This document shows, piece by piece, positions 16,081 to 28,219 of a DNA stretch of 64,000 bases; the stretch's first letter is position 1, and each line of letters starts with the position of its first letter. Below the pieces are notes generated by a model, which saw nothing but the letters and a program-made list of their open reading frames with translations, was not told where the DNA came from and searched no databases. The stretch covers positions 280,612,001-280,676,000 of the forward strand of contig OZ024740.1 of NCBI GenBank assembly GCA_964016885.1, given 5' to 3'. A program made the translations under genes and the position numbers. This DNA comes from Eledone cirrhosa (Eukaryota).

Positions 16081-16322
16081 TATAAAACGAAAAATCATTG
16101 ATGCATCTGATCTCAATTTATTGTGTGTTACAATTGTTTCGCCGGCGGACAGCTCGAGACACGATCATTGGTTGGATCTGTCTGATTCTGGATCAGCAGG
16201 TTCGAAGGACACGTCTAATGATTTCGGAGCAAATTCTTTCATATCATACTCTGCTCTGTAAGAGCATAGAGTGCTCAACCGGCATACCGCCTAAGGAAGC
16301 ATCTTAGTCACCATCAGACACA

Positions 16323-16988
16323 CATTTCCTCTCCCAATTAGCATAATTAACCATATAAAAAATCAATTAGACCAGGCTATAAGAATAAAGGCTCCTATGA
16401 AGAAATATTTGATAAATAACCGAAAGCGGCCTCTTCGCGGTTGACCACAATAGAGTATTTACCCAACATTTCAACAGCATGTAGAAACTGACTAAATATA
16501 CCGTCAACCATACACAATTAGGTATAAATTTAAAGTTAGAAGAAACGTGTACATACCTTAATTACATCTCTACCATGGTTTCGTTCGTATTTTGAAATAT
16601 CCTATCATTAAGGATAACTCGAGTATCGAACTCATCAGGAGACAAACTCAATAGGACAGTTAATTTTCCAAAGCGATCGCGCCAGAAATAGATTAAAAAA
16701 ATGGCTAAGAATCGTGACGTGGCAGTGGTCAAGTTAGAAAGAAATGTAATTACGGTATGTACACGTTTCTTCTAACTTTAAATTTATACCTAATTGTGTA
16801 TGGTTGACGGTATATTTAGTCAGTTTCTACATGCTGTTGACATTTTGGGTAAATACTCTATTGTGGTCAACCGCGAAGAGGCCACTTTCCGTTATTTATC
16901 AAATATTTCTTCATAGGAGCCTTTATTCTTATAGCCTGGTCTAATTGATTTTTTATATGGTTAATTATGCTAATTGGGAGAGGAAATG
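16323..16988. mobile_element. Fold-back element with ~245-bp arms and an HHR in the spacer
   Basis: 16323-16567 is the near-identical reverse complement of 16744-16988. Confidence 0.85.
16566..16643 (-). ncRNA. Type I hammerhead ribozyme with palindromic stem III
   Basis: Minus strand: gtctc-CTGATGA-gttcg...cgaac-GAAAC-CATG-GTA-gagat. Confidence 0.88.
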
Positions 16989-17083
16989 GTATATATTTTA
17001 TCTAATAATTCTAAGGACATGATTTATGATATATATTTATATATATAGATATATATATATGACAGTTGGCAGGTAAGCAGTAT

Positions 17084-17131
17084 ACTGCACTGATGAAGGG
17101 TATTTCTGAAAGAAACATTAGTGTCTGCAGT
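17084..17131 (+). ncRNA. Type I hammerhead ribozyme
   Basis: actgca-CTGATGA-agggtatttctgaaa-GAAAC-attagt-GTC-tgcagt; 6-bp stem I, weak stem II. Confidence 0.7.
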
Positions 17132-17247
17132 TCTGTTTACATGCCAACACAAGAGTAAGAATGCGGGGTCATTCTACTTACATGGATTTAAAGAGGCTGT
17201 TCGAATAATTGCAAACGAATCGAATATTATTATTAATATTCGAAAAA

Positions 17248-17365
17248 TTCGTTCAAATCCCGCCGAGGTTAACTTTGCCTTTCATCCTTATGGGGTCGAT
17301 AAAATAAAGTACCAGTAATGCACTGAGTAATTGCTGGCCTTGTGCCTAAAGTAGAAACAATTATT
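17248..17365 (+). mobile_element. SINE family 1, 5'-truncated
   Basis: TSD attattaatattcgaaaaa at 17229-17247 and 17360-17378. Confidence 0.88.
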
Positions 17366-17433
17366 AATATTCGAAAAACTCAGATTACATTTACTATATC
17401 CAGCTATGTAGAGTCATAAACTATTTAACTATT

Positions 17434-17460
<27 letters not shown>

Positions 17461-17469
<9 letters not shown>

Positions 17470-18081
17470 AAGTGTAATGAATTCTTTTACAATGGAATTA
17501 GCTCGAAGGAGGAAATACCCCTGAGCCGTGTATAAACTAATATATATGATGAAACACAGATACCAACACATCTGTATTTATATTGCAAAAGAAAATTTAG
17601 CCAGAATGAAGTATACTAATTATTATACTACAGTTTGTCCATATCGATTTAAAATAATAAATCAACAAAGACGAACTGCATTGCCAAATGGCTATGATGT
17701 TTAGACACATTTAAATTTCAAAATCAAAGCTGTTACGTTGATAAGTTTAAACTTTAAAATCCAAATATGTTTCGAGATGAATAAGTGTAGGAATATCATG
17801 TCCTGCTCTCCTCAGTAAACATCCAGGGACAAATTGATATACTTCACTTTTAAATAATTTAAAAGACTGTGTAACGCACATGGTTTACAGTTTCTAGCTA
17901 GTCTCATAACCGTACTGCTAGAAATAACAGTCGTATATATGAGGCAACGTTCAGCTCAGCCTAGGAGCAGTTATATTATTAAGTGTAATGAATTCTTTTA
18001 CAATGGAATTAGCTCGAATGAGGAAATACCCCTGAGCCGTGTATAAACTAATATATATGATGAAACACAGATACCAGCACA
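17461..18081 (-). mobile_element. Non-coding ~511-bp module with a ~110-bp terminal direct repeat and a decayed HHR
   Basis: 17461-17571 recurs at 17972-18081; HHR-like motif on the minus strand at 17759-17820. Confidence 0.6.
17759..17820 (-). ncRNA. Degenerate hammerhead ribozyme
   Basis: Minus strand: gttta-CTGAGGA-gag...ctc-GAAACATATT-tggat; stem I is mostly G-U pairs and the stem III palindrome is broken. Confidence 0.5.
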
Positions 18082-18117
18082 TTTATTTGGACAGTCAGAT
18101 TCGTGATGATTTCTCAA

Positions 18118-18155
<38 letters not shown>

Positions 18156-18159
<4 letters not shown>

Positions 18160-18688
18160 CATGTGTCCCTTAGCGCCTTGTGCGTGTAGGAACATATACT
18201 CTATTATTATTCTCCTCTTGGTTGAGAAAAAAATTTGGTCGTTCTGACTGCTGCTAGTTATAGCGGTAGCCGACTGACCTCCCTGCCTCCGCCTCTATCT
18301 TTACACTCGGCCCTTGAAAAAATTGATTCCACTTCATTTTCTCTCATCTCGGGAACAATTTTGAATAGCGCCAGTTCGTAATTTGAATTCGGGAATTTTA
18401 TATTCTTCGAATGAAAAGATCCTTCTGACGAGAGTTTTTCTTTGCAACGGTTGCCGTATGGACTCCGTTTATTTTTGAGACTCGAAACCGATTCGGTAAA
18501 GGTAACTATAGTAAGTAAAGTTAATTTTTTTAAATTTATTTTGAAACTTTTTCTTATTTGCTAAACCTTGATTATATATGTTCTGGCTCGTTAATTTATT
18601 AACCTGCCATTGAACCACATTGGCATATGGTTGGACAATACATGTGTCCCTTAGCGCCTTGTGCGTGTAGGAACATATACTCTATTAT
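18156..18688 (+). mobile_element. Non-coding 481-bp monomer plus a 52-bp terminal repeat, carrying an HHR
   Basis: 18156-18207 is identical to 18637-18688; (TA)n on both sides. Confidence 0.8.
18421..18502 (+). ncRNA. Type I hammerhead ribozyme
   Basis: cctt-CTGACGA-gagtttt...gagactc-GAAAC-CGattCG-GTA-aagg. Confidence 0.88.
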
Positions 18689-18920
18689 ATATATATATCT
18701 TCTCTAGCGATCGACTTTCGTCAAATCGGACCGAGGAAACAATGTTTCCGTTGGTCTTTCCAGTTGCTAGTACTATCTATCGGCCGCAACTCCAGGTAGA
18801 AGGAGCAAAGTGAAATAAAGTGCCTTGCTCAAGGACATAACGCATCGCCTGGTCCAGGAATCGAACTCAAAATACTAGATGAGTACCTTATAAATACCAC
18901 GACATTTATTTGGACAATCA

Positions 18921-18969
18921 GATTCCTGATGATTTCTCAAGAATGAAACAGTTCTAGTCCTGTAGAATC
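18921..18969 (+). ncRNA. Type I hammerhead ribozyme, family B
   Basis: gattc-CTGATGA-tttctcaagaat-GAAAC-AGttctagtcCT-GTA-gaatc; 5' half duplicated at about 18098-18121. Confidence 0.88.
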
Positions 18970-20328
18970 TCATCTATATTAAAACCTTTTATACTCTGCT
19001 ATGTATTGAGTACCTTACTTATTTGTGTTTGCCGCCATATGATAACAACTGTATTAATTAATATTGTCAAAACAATATTGAGTTTTATGATAGATCACGC
19101 ACTTAAAGCAACATCTTTGTTCGTAATAGAATTTACACTCCTTTTATTCAATATTTTAGAGAGAAACCTTTTGAATGACCTGATGCATTTTTGATGCTCA
19201 TTTATTGATTTACCTGCATTTATAATAATCTTATTTTCTTGATTTTAGATTAAATTTTATTGTTGTAAATGCACTGTTGGTGTAATCGATCATAAGATTT
19301 TATTGTATTATTGATATATTAGTTAAAAGTATAACGTAAATGACAGTATCAAATGTTGAATCCACCTGCCAACAAAATACATCATATCGATATATTTACT
19401 CTCACGTGTACGTTTTGTAAAGTTTCTAACTTATTGATTTATATACTTACGTACTATTATGTTTTTCTGTATTCGAAAACTATCTATAATCTATTTTGAC
19501 TTTCACTCGCCACGGGATATATTAACACTAACTATAATATGTTTTCTATTTCCCTGTCTATTTCTATTCTTTCCTTATTCACCACGCTACACCATGCTGT
19601 CGACTTCATTTTCTTCCCATTCTTTTGAGGATTAGCGTTTTGAAAGTGCATGTTCCTAAAATAACCAACTGAGACACGTGTTAAATCATATCTACTGAAC
19701 CACACCTATCCCTACCAACCACCATTTAACTTAGTGAATTTTGCGTCGTTTGCAACCTTACTGATTCGTTCTATATTTAATCTCTCTTATATTACAAACT
19801 ATACCTCCCCCGTATTTCTCTCCACAACATTCTCTTTCCTTGTACCCCACACTGGAGATTTACATCCTCTGTTTACATTCACGCCTGTTCAAATAATCTT
19901 CTCTCTAATATTTTCCAGTTTTCTAGCCTCTTTTTTACTTTCCGTATTTTCTTTTCTATATCTCTTCCCTCATTCACCCTCTCTATCTGCCTTACCGTCT
20001 CTCGTGTGTTGCATGCAGCTTTGCAAATCTGCAAATAACTATGGTAGAGCCGATTTAGAAGAAAAATCTAGTCTTCATACAGTCAGTCTAGAAGCTGTGT
20101 CATTCCGAAATGCAAACAATGAGCAAATGGCAGAGATTCTGATTTCTCTAAGGCAACTTATATTGTGCTGGTGCAACGATAAAACACCCTAGCGTTTGTC
20201 TGCGAGCCTCATCTGTAGTGAGGACTGACAGCTTAACGCATAATTGGGTGTTGACGGTAGGCAATTTTATCCGATCTAACTCGCAAAGACAAATGCCAAT
20301 ATATAATTGAGCAATCATCATCACGATC

Positions 20329-20387
20329 AAGAAGAAGAAGAAGAAGAAGAAGAAGAAGAAGAAGAAGAAGAAGAAGAAGAAGAAGAA
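20329..20387. repeat. (AAG)n microsatellite
   Basis: Direct reading; similar tracts at about 21911, 23075, 28138 and 37612. Confidence 0.95.
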
Positions 20388-22174
20388 ATATATTTTTCAT
20401 TTTAACAAGATCAACTATCAGAAATAATTTCTAATGAAATTACAACAACAGCAACAACAACAATAACAACCTCACCAGCATACCGCCACCAACAAAAATA
20501 ACAGCAGTAGTAGCAACAACAACAACCGTTTCTTCACAAGTGTCTTAATTAACAGTTTGAGTTCTAAATCCAAAATTATCGACTAGAAACACTTTGTTTC
20601 ACACGATGGGAATTCTTCGAGACAAGAGATACTCTACGTGGCGATAGAGCAGCTAGAAGTAGCAGACAAACTTCCCTCAAATCACGCCCAATCACGTAAA
20701 ACCTGATTATTGGATAATGCTGTGACGATTCACAGTATGAGGATAAGAGCATAAGAAACGGGTATTTAAGATTGGCTGGAGATAGTATACATATTGCTAG
20801 TTCCGAGTAGCAGTATCTATAGCAGTGACAGAAGAGGCAAAAAGATAACGGGGATGCTGGAGGTTGTTCCTAGTCAGGTGGCTGGATGACATTCTCTTGG
20901 AAGTGATCTAGCATGTGTGTGTGTGCGTTTGTGCGTGTGCGTGTGTGTGTGTGCGCGCGTGTGTATGTGCGCGTGTGTGTATGTGTAGCCGTGTGTGTGT
21001 GTGTCTGTGTGTGTGTGTACGTGTGTATGCAGCATGAAAGAGCAATCTATTGCTATGTTATGGACATTAGATCATTAAAAGTGATAATCGGAAATTGGGA
21101 GTCCTAACGTTTACAACAGCATGAGGTGTTTATTTGTGTTATCTAATGTTAACTGCTAGTTATCCATAACAAATTGCTCAATAATATGTGACAAAGTACT
21201 CAATAATATGCACTACGCATTATGAAATGTTGTACATAGACCACCAAAATCGTCTTCTTCATTTTCGCCCACTTATTCCCGTGAGGGTCGTTGGGGCAGA
21301 GTCCTCCAACACCTCTTTCCGGAATAAGTGTAGTATCAATATTCAGGAAAGTGCAAAAGAGCATCATTTGTCTCGTGTTGATTAGGTCTAGTGTATTCTC
21401 TCTGCTGAAGCTTCTATTAGATTCTACGGAAATAGACACAACTTTAGAGAGATTACAGTATGTCCAGACTGCTAGATAACATGCCAGAGTGTATAGTAAA
21501 TGTGTCAGCTACATAGAAGAATAGTAAAAGTGGAAAATAAAATGTGTGTAATTATCGCTTAGTATTCAGCCAGACTACTCGTATTTCGTTGACATATCTG
21601 ACTTGCGTCTTATAATAACGTTATTCATTAAGATTATAGAAATGACAACGAAGAACAAATTGTATTGCTAAGGTTTGCAGTGCTCTCTGTCTGGATACCA
21701 CGTGTAATAACATTAACAAAGCACAAATGAAATAAACATAAGGCAAATTTGGCACCAAATAAATGTATGACAAAATACTACAAATGAAAACCATATTGCG
21801 AGGCTCAAGGTTAAGAAGGCTTTTGTACTTTGAATTTGATTTGGTGCTTAAAAAGTTCGAAAAAGGAAACGTGCAAAATTCCAAATTCCAAATAACTAGG
21901 TGCAAGTAAATCTTCTTCTTCTTCTTCTTCTTCTTCTTCTTCTTCTTCTTCTTCTTCTTCTTCTTCTTCTTCTTCCCCCCCCCCTCCTCCTTCTATCTAT
22001 GAGCCTGCCAAGCTCAGACATTTTATGATGGACGCACAAAGTTTGCTTTTTCTCCCAGTTGTATTAATTTTGCTTTTAGTTTACATATTTATTCGGGTCT
22101 AAAACAATTTTAAATTAGAGAGTTTAGTAATGGTGCTGGTGTACACGTTGTTGTTGTCGTCTTTTAGTCTGGGT

Positions 22175-22244
22175 CAGTGGTTCTCAACCTTTTTTGTGCT
22201 TACCGTCCAACCGGTGGGCGTTATCGCCCATGTTGGGAAACCCT
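22175..22244. mobile_element. Tiny hAT/Charlie-like MITE remnant
   Basis: Ends cagtggttctcaac ... gttgggaaaccct resemble Charlie-type TIRs; no clear 8-bp TSD. Confidence 0.4.
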
Positions 22245-23649
22245 ATAAAAAATGTAGTTCTTATCGCTACAGGAATTATTCTCACCATCAGCACTAATTG
22301 TTATCTTGAAAAACATTTTTAAATTCACGACAGAAAGAAATAACAAATAACATATAACAATAATTTTCATCTCAGTGGTTATATGAGGCCGTGTCTCACT
22401 TTTTTTGTTCCTCAATATAACAGTAAAAATAAAGTCAACAAATCTTAAAAGTTACGTTCCAAAAATAACGATAATTAACAAATTCAACAACAGTGACTTC
22501 AAAATATATATTTACGTGATAGCAACATCAAAAATTATAATAATTATCCTAGCTGAATGTATTGGAATAGGAGAGATTCGTCTAATACCGGTAACCTAAA
22601 TAGGAACCACAAAAAAAATACATACCAATAGAAAAAATGCTTTAGACTGTAAAATGCATTATCCATCATAACTACCGTCAAGAGCCCCACTGCTTTGATA
22701 AAGACAGATTTTTAGCAAAATCTACAATTTTATACACAAAGTAGGACCCACATATAGGACATATATACACATATAGGACTCACGGCCAGCAATTTTGAAC
22801 TTGATACAATTAATATCTGACAATTTTGTAACTGAGCGTAAAGAAAAAAAACCTTTATCCAGTCATATATGGAAACTCAGTGGAAGAGTTTAGCGAACAC
22901 TGTGCCATATACGGGGAATAGGAGATAATACAACTTATTCACAAAGAAGGCAATACAAACACTCTTCCTGAAAACAGCGTCCCTATTTAGAAATTCTGAG
23001 GCAGCAACGGCACAGACACAAATCGTTTATAGGACCTATTTAAACAATAAATATATTAGACCCTGGTGGATAGCAGAAGAAGAAGAAGAAGAAGAAGAAG
23101 AAGAAGAAGAAGAAGAAGAAGGAAAGGTATATTTATGGTGTGATGGGTCTCCCAACAATATTGTTTGGCTAGTGTGTTAATAGTGGTTATACTGTAAATG
23201 AGATTGCGAGATCAGTTACACTGGACCATATTAGTAGTTTTCCCAAGTTAAGAGTTAAGTGCATTATGGACAGTACAAATGGGATACACTTCTCTAGATT
23301 GCATGCAGAAGCTAACATTATGATTATAAATCAAAGTAGGAAGTATTCCATTATCAATGAACAGGTTGTACTAGGTTACATATTACCGGTAGCACCCAGG
23401 AGTGACCTGACACTTCATTATATAATAGCTATAATATACTTTAGATATTTTGCAACTGTCCAGTTGCATATCAGGAGTACAATTCTATAGGTGTAGTTTT
23501 ATAATTGTGCGTTAAGTAGAGAAAGAGTCTCGCCATGTGTCTGGCTGGGATTGTAGGTTGTAGTTTGGCCACTTGAGTAAAATGCATGTTACTTCTTCAG
23601 ACTGGATTGCAGTCTACCGTTGTTATCTTTGTATAGTTCTATCCTCCAG

Positions 23650-24830
23650 GGTCTAATATAATCTCTCTCGTTTCCCTTTTTGAAAATTTTGATTATCACT
23701 CTCGATTGCCATTGCTTAGGTACCTTTCCAGATATCCAGGTCACACACACGAGTCAGCAAGAGAATACCTTCTCTATTTAAGGCTTTTAACATCTTGGAC
23801 CGAATTTCATTCTCCCCAGCGACTTTTCCACATTTGAGCTCTTTAATTGCTCATGTGATTTCAGCTTTTGAGGGATTAGTAATCTGCTACATGCATTTCG
23901 TGTACATCAGAAGATGTTGTTTTGATCGGGTTTAGGGGATAACGAAGTATTCTCTCCACCTCGCGAGGATGCACTTCTCTGAAGAGAGGAGAACCTCAGA
24001 CGCATTCCCGATAGCTACTATGGAGGAGGACATCGTATTATCCGGTTCACACGAAGTCGTTTTCTCTCGCAGTATTTAAGCAGAAACTGCCGAGCTGAAC
24101 AGTTTCCATTCCGTTTTAAAGTCCTCAGTTTGCTCTGAATTTGGATGCAATAGTATCTATATACCTGGTCCTGACTTCCTTATCCACCGATGCTTCCCAC
24201 TTTACCCTGTAGGTCGACCTGCACCTGCCCGTTTTGTGGGCTTCTTTGGCTTTAGCTAGTCTTAAGTTGCAGATAACTATACATTTATCAGTTGACAGCT
24301 CAGCCCTTCTCTTGACACCAAACACAGAATCGAAGAGATCAGAGACAATAACAAAATAAATTATTGATCTCTATCCCTTGTTATCCTTATACCATATATA
24401 TTTATGGATGTCTCTGATGGAAGAAGGTGTCCACAATAGAGAGTCCATTGCTAGAAGAGAAATTTAATAAGACCTCTCCATTCGTATTTAGATCGGGATC
24501 GCTTTCCTTCCAATCATTTCTTTCCATCTCAGGTGGTCAGAACCAACATGTGCAGTGAAATATCCCATTATGATATATGACTCTGTCTTAACTACATCTA
24601 ACGTTACCGAAGGATCTGTATTCAGACACCTTGTTTGGTGCATAAATTGGCACCACCCGCAGAGACATATCTTTCAGTCTAAACTTTATGAGGCAAATTC
24701 TCCCTCCTAATGGGATTCAGTCCATAACACGTTCTGACAGTTGGAGGCTTGTGAGTAGCCCCACTCCCACCTGTGCAGTCATTTCTGGCGTCACACCTGA
24801 ATTGTGGAGTGTCCTCTCTCCATTCCAATC
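23650..24830 (-). mobile_element. Decayed RTE (Rex3/Expander-like) LINE: endonuclease to start of RT
   Basis: RSIIYFVIVSDLFDSVFGVKRRAELSTD and GENEIRSKMLKALNREG motifs on the minus strand, with many stops. Confidence 0.7.
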
Positions 24831-26444
24831 TACAGTATCAGAGTCACGGAACTCTGTTGAGGAGACTGTCTATGCCTCTCCGTCTCCTCCTTATCCCCTT
24901 CTCTCCCTCCTCCTCCTCCCACCACCTCCCCCCTCTCCCCCCTCTTCCTCCTCCACCTTCTCCTCTTTTCATCCTTTCCCACCCCTTCTCCCCATCTTCA
25001 TCTCCTCCTCTCCCTCCTCAGCTGAGTTGACTGTAACAACACGAAATACAGTGTTTTGCTCAAGAACAAAATGTGCCACCTGGTCCAGGAATGAATCCCA
25101 CGACATTATGATTGTAAGCCCAGCACGTGGTCCAGGAATCAAACCCATTGGTGTGGCTGGTGAGAGATTGGTCAGTTTGGTGTGGCTGGTGTTGGAGTGG
25201 TCAGTTTAATGTGGCTGGTGGAGTTTCCTCCTCCCTCCATTTAAATCTACAGTACCAGAGTGACGGAACTCTGTTGAGGAAACTCTGTCTATACCTAGCC
25301 GGTAGCCTCCTTCACTAGTTTCTGCACCTTACCTACAAGTGTTGTGATGTTCCTGGTCCCAATTATTACAGTTTGTTCCTTTTCCGAACCGTCCTTGGAG
25401 TCTCGGGATACGCAATCTTTGGACAGATTGTATGCCCAGGACAGATTGTATGCTCATCACCAATTTTTACACTATTAAATGGAGACTGCAATATATTTTT
25501 TGAACAGGCCCTTCTACCTAAGGCCTGAACGCCTTCCTTGTTAATCCGCGCGAAGGACGATGCGCTATGATTCTTTCTGTTACATCTCAGCATATTGGAG
25601 TTGTGGTGGTCTTATTCGTGCCATTCACCAATGTCGTACTTTACTCAGTCCCGCGAATTCTATTCATTTGTCTAATTCTATTCATTTGTCTAAATTCACT
25701 TATGTTACATTTATTTACTTTGAGATGGAGATTGGTGTAAATCGATTCTGATATCAATCCCACTTAATTTAATTTAGGACTATCTATTATTCATTTATTT
25801 ATCTATTTGACTTTTCGATTTAATTTAGCTCGCACCAATATAATTATCATCATTTTACGTTCGTTTTCCATACTTAAGTTAGACAGGTTTTCACAGCTCG
25901 AGAGTGAGCACTCGTCTTACTTATTTATGTCAGTTTTTGTATGATGTGTGTTGAGTAAATTTAAAATAAATGTGATTAGATTTAATTTGACTAAGAATAT
26001 TTGGACCTAATATTACTTAATGCTTTATAGTTTAATGGATTTGAAAGGCATGTAACTAATAATAATTTAATTAATAGTGGGGTTTTAAATATAATTCAAC
26101 CAAACAAGGTGACTGTTGGTGCTAACTGGAGCAAGAGAATACCCCCAAACGAATTTCCGTCCTTGAAATAAATATATTTTCATTACCACAACCTTAAAAT
26201 CTAACAAGGTCATATCTTCATAAATGCAACATAATGATAACACTCGGAGGTTATCGTTTGTGTTTTGGGAATGTAGATATAATAATTATTTAAGTATTTA
26301 GATCTTCAAGTGTTTAAATTGTTTCGTTAGGTATTGTTAGTTTGTTTCGCCTATCGAGGAGTATCAAATCATTTCATTGAATAAGAGAGAAACTGAAATA
26401 TCATCACAGGGACTTACATTGTAATATATATACATACTGTACAG

Positions 26445-26742
26445 GTTAATTAATATGTATAGAGTACTTATTTAAACTTGTTAATATGTATAGAGTAGAT
26501 ATTTAAACTTGTCAATTAATGTGTATAGAGTAGTTATTTAAACTTGTTAATGTGTAGAAAGTAGTTATTTAAACTTGTTAATTAATATGTATAGAGTAGA
26601 TATTTAAACTTGTTAATTGATAATATGTATAGATATTTAAACTTGTTAATATGTGTAGAGTACTTATTTAAACTTGTTAATAAGTATAGAGTACTTATTT
26701 AAACTTGTTCATTAATATTTATAGAGTAGTTATTTAAACTTT
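26445..26742. repeat. AT-rich minisatellite, ~31-35-bp unit
   Basis: About nine copies of ttaatatgtatagagtacttatttaaacttg. Confidence 0.9.
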
Positions 26743-26959
26743 TTTTTTAAAGACCAAGCATATGTAAGTGTGCACGTATGTGTTGTATTATAAATATGAC
26801 TATGTTATTATATTTTAAAATTCAAGGATTTCATATGAGTCCCTTGCAGTTAATTTGGACAAACAAAGCCTCTAAATCTATCACTGACTTTTCTAGACTT
26901 TCACAGACTCATTTTAGCATCAGAATTTGAATTCTTGAATTCTGATAGTTATATGTTTA

Positions 26960-27446
26960 TTGGCAGACAACATGCTTTAGGACATAGAGTTCACGTTCTG
27001 GATTTAAATCGTCGATAAAATAAAGCATCAGTAATGCACTTAGATCGATTTAATCGACTTTCTCTCACCCAAATTTGTTGGCCTAGTGCCTAAATCAGAA
27101 AACATTATTTATATATTTCAAGGGCGGTGGATTGGCAGTATCGGTAGAGGGTCGGACGCCATGCTTTGACGCATAGAGTTACGGCCCTTGCTATTCTGAG
27201 TTCAAATCCCGCCGAGGTTAACTTTGCCTTTCATCCTTACGGGGTCGATAAAATAAAGTGCCAGTAATACACTGGGTAATTGCTGGCCTTGTGCCTAACG
27301 TAGAAACAATTATTTACATATTTCAAATCCCGTCGAGGTTAACTTTGCCTTTCATCCTAACGGGGGTCGATAAAATAAAATACCAGTAATACACTGGGAT
27401 AATTGCTGGCCTTGTGCCTATTGTAGAAACAATTATTTACATATTT
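26960..27446 (+). mobile_element. SINE cluster: older copy, full family 1 copy (27122-27320) and tandem 3' half
   Basis: attatttatatatttca at 27104-27120 recurs after the full copy; a partial unit restarts at ttcaaatccc. Confidence 0.85.
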
Positions 27447-28136
27447 ATTTTGTTTATGATGTTCGTATGCTTTCTGTATTTATTTTAGTAACATGGTGTT
27501 TATGAAAAATGCTTTAATCGTTTGTCGACTATTTTTGTGGGAAATTCTTTATAATATGGTATATTGTCCACTAATGTTTTCCTATATTGACTATTTTGCA
27601 TATGGTGCCGTAGTGTTTTGAAATAGCTGTATGTTGTAAGTGTATGACAAAGTTACAAGAGAGTGTGGTAATATTTGGAGAAATGAAGTTTGATGTTAAC
27701 GATGTGGTTTTTGATTTTAGTGTTGTATAATATATCATTTGTGTTAGTTTCTGGCTTGTTTGTCTGTTCGAAAGTTAGTGCACATTTGATTCATACATCT
27801 TATCTATGATTTGTGTATTTGTAGAGTTAAGATTTAGTGTATTATGTCTGGTTTTCCTTGATTGCATGGCTAGTCTAAGACTGAGAGTACAAGACACCCC
27901 AATGGACGGAACGGAAGACCGTCACATTCAAAGAAAACAATAAATACTTGCATGAAGACAGCGAATGCCCACATAAATATAAAATGGCTGCCGTTAAATG
28001 CTTACACCGAAGAGCGTTTCGATTGCATTCTACAAGCAATGCACTGAATGAGAATGTAATTAAGAGCAAATATTCTTACACATATAAACAAAATAAACAA
28101 GTCACTGATGAAATATATATCTAAAGATAAAATTTC

Positions 28137-28167
<31 letters not shown>

Positions 28168-28219
28168 CTTCTTCTTCTTCTTCTTCTTCTTCTTCTTCTT
28201 CTTCTTCTTCTTCTTCTTC

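Noticed and set aside
23979-24002. CTGAAGA-gagg-agaa-cctc
   Set aside because: No GAAA; lies antisense within RTE coding sequence, so a chance match.
24688-25209. 173-aa ORF
   Set aside because: Antisense to a decayed RTE plus a C/T-rich low-complexity tract and a SINE fragment.
26445-26742. Regular ~31-35-bp repeats resembling a CRISPR array
   Set aside because: No unique spacers, eukaryotic context and no cas genes; it is a minisatellite. The same applies to 57291-57795.
27122-27212. tRNA-like A and B boxes
   Set aside because: These are SINE heads with extended spacing and no cloverleaf; not tRNA genes.
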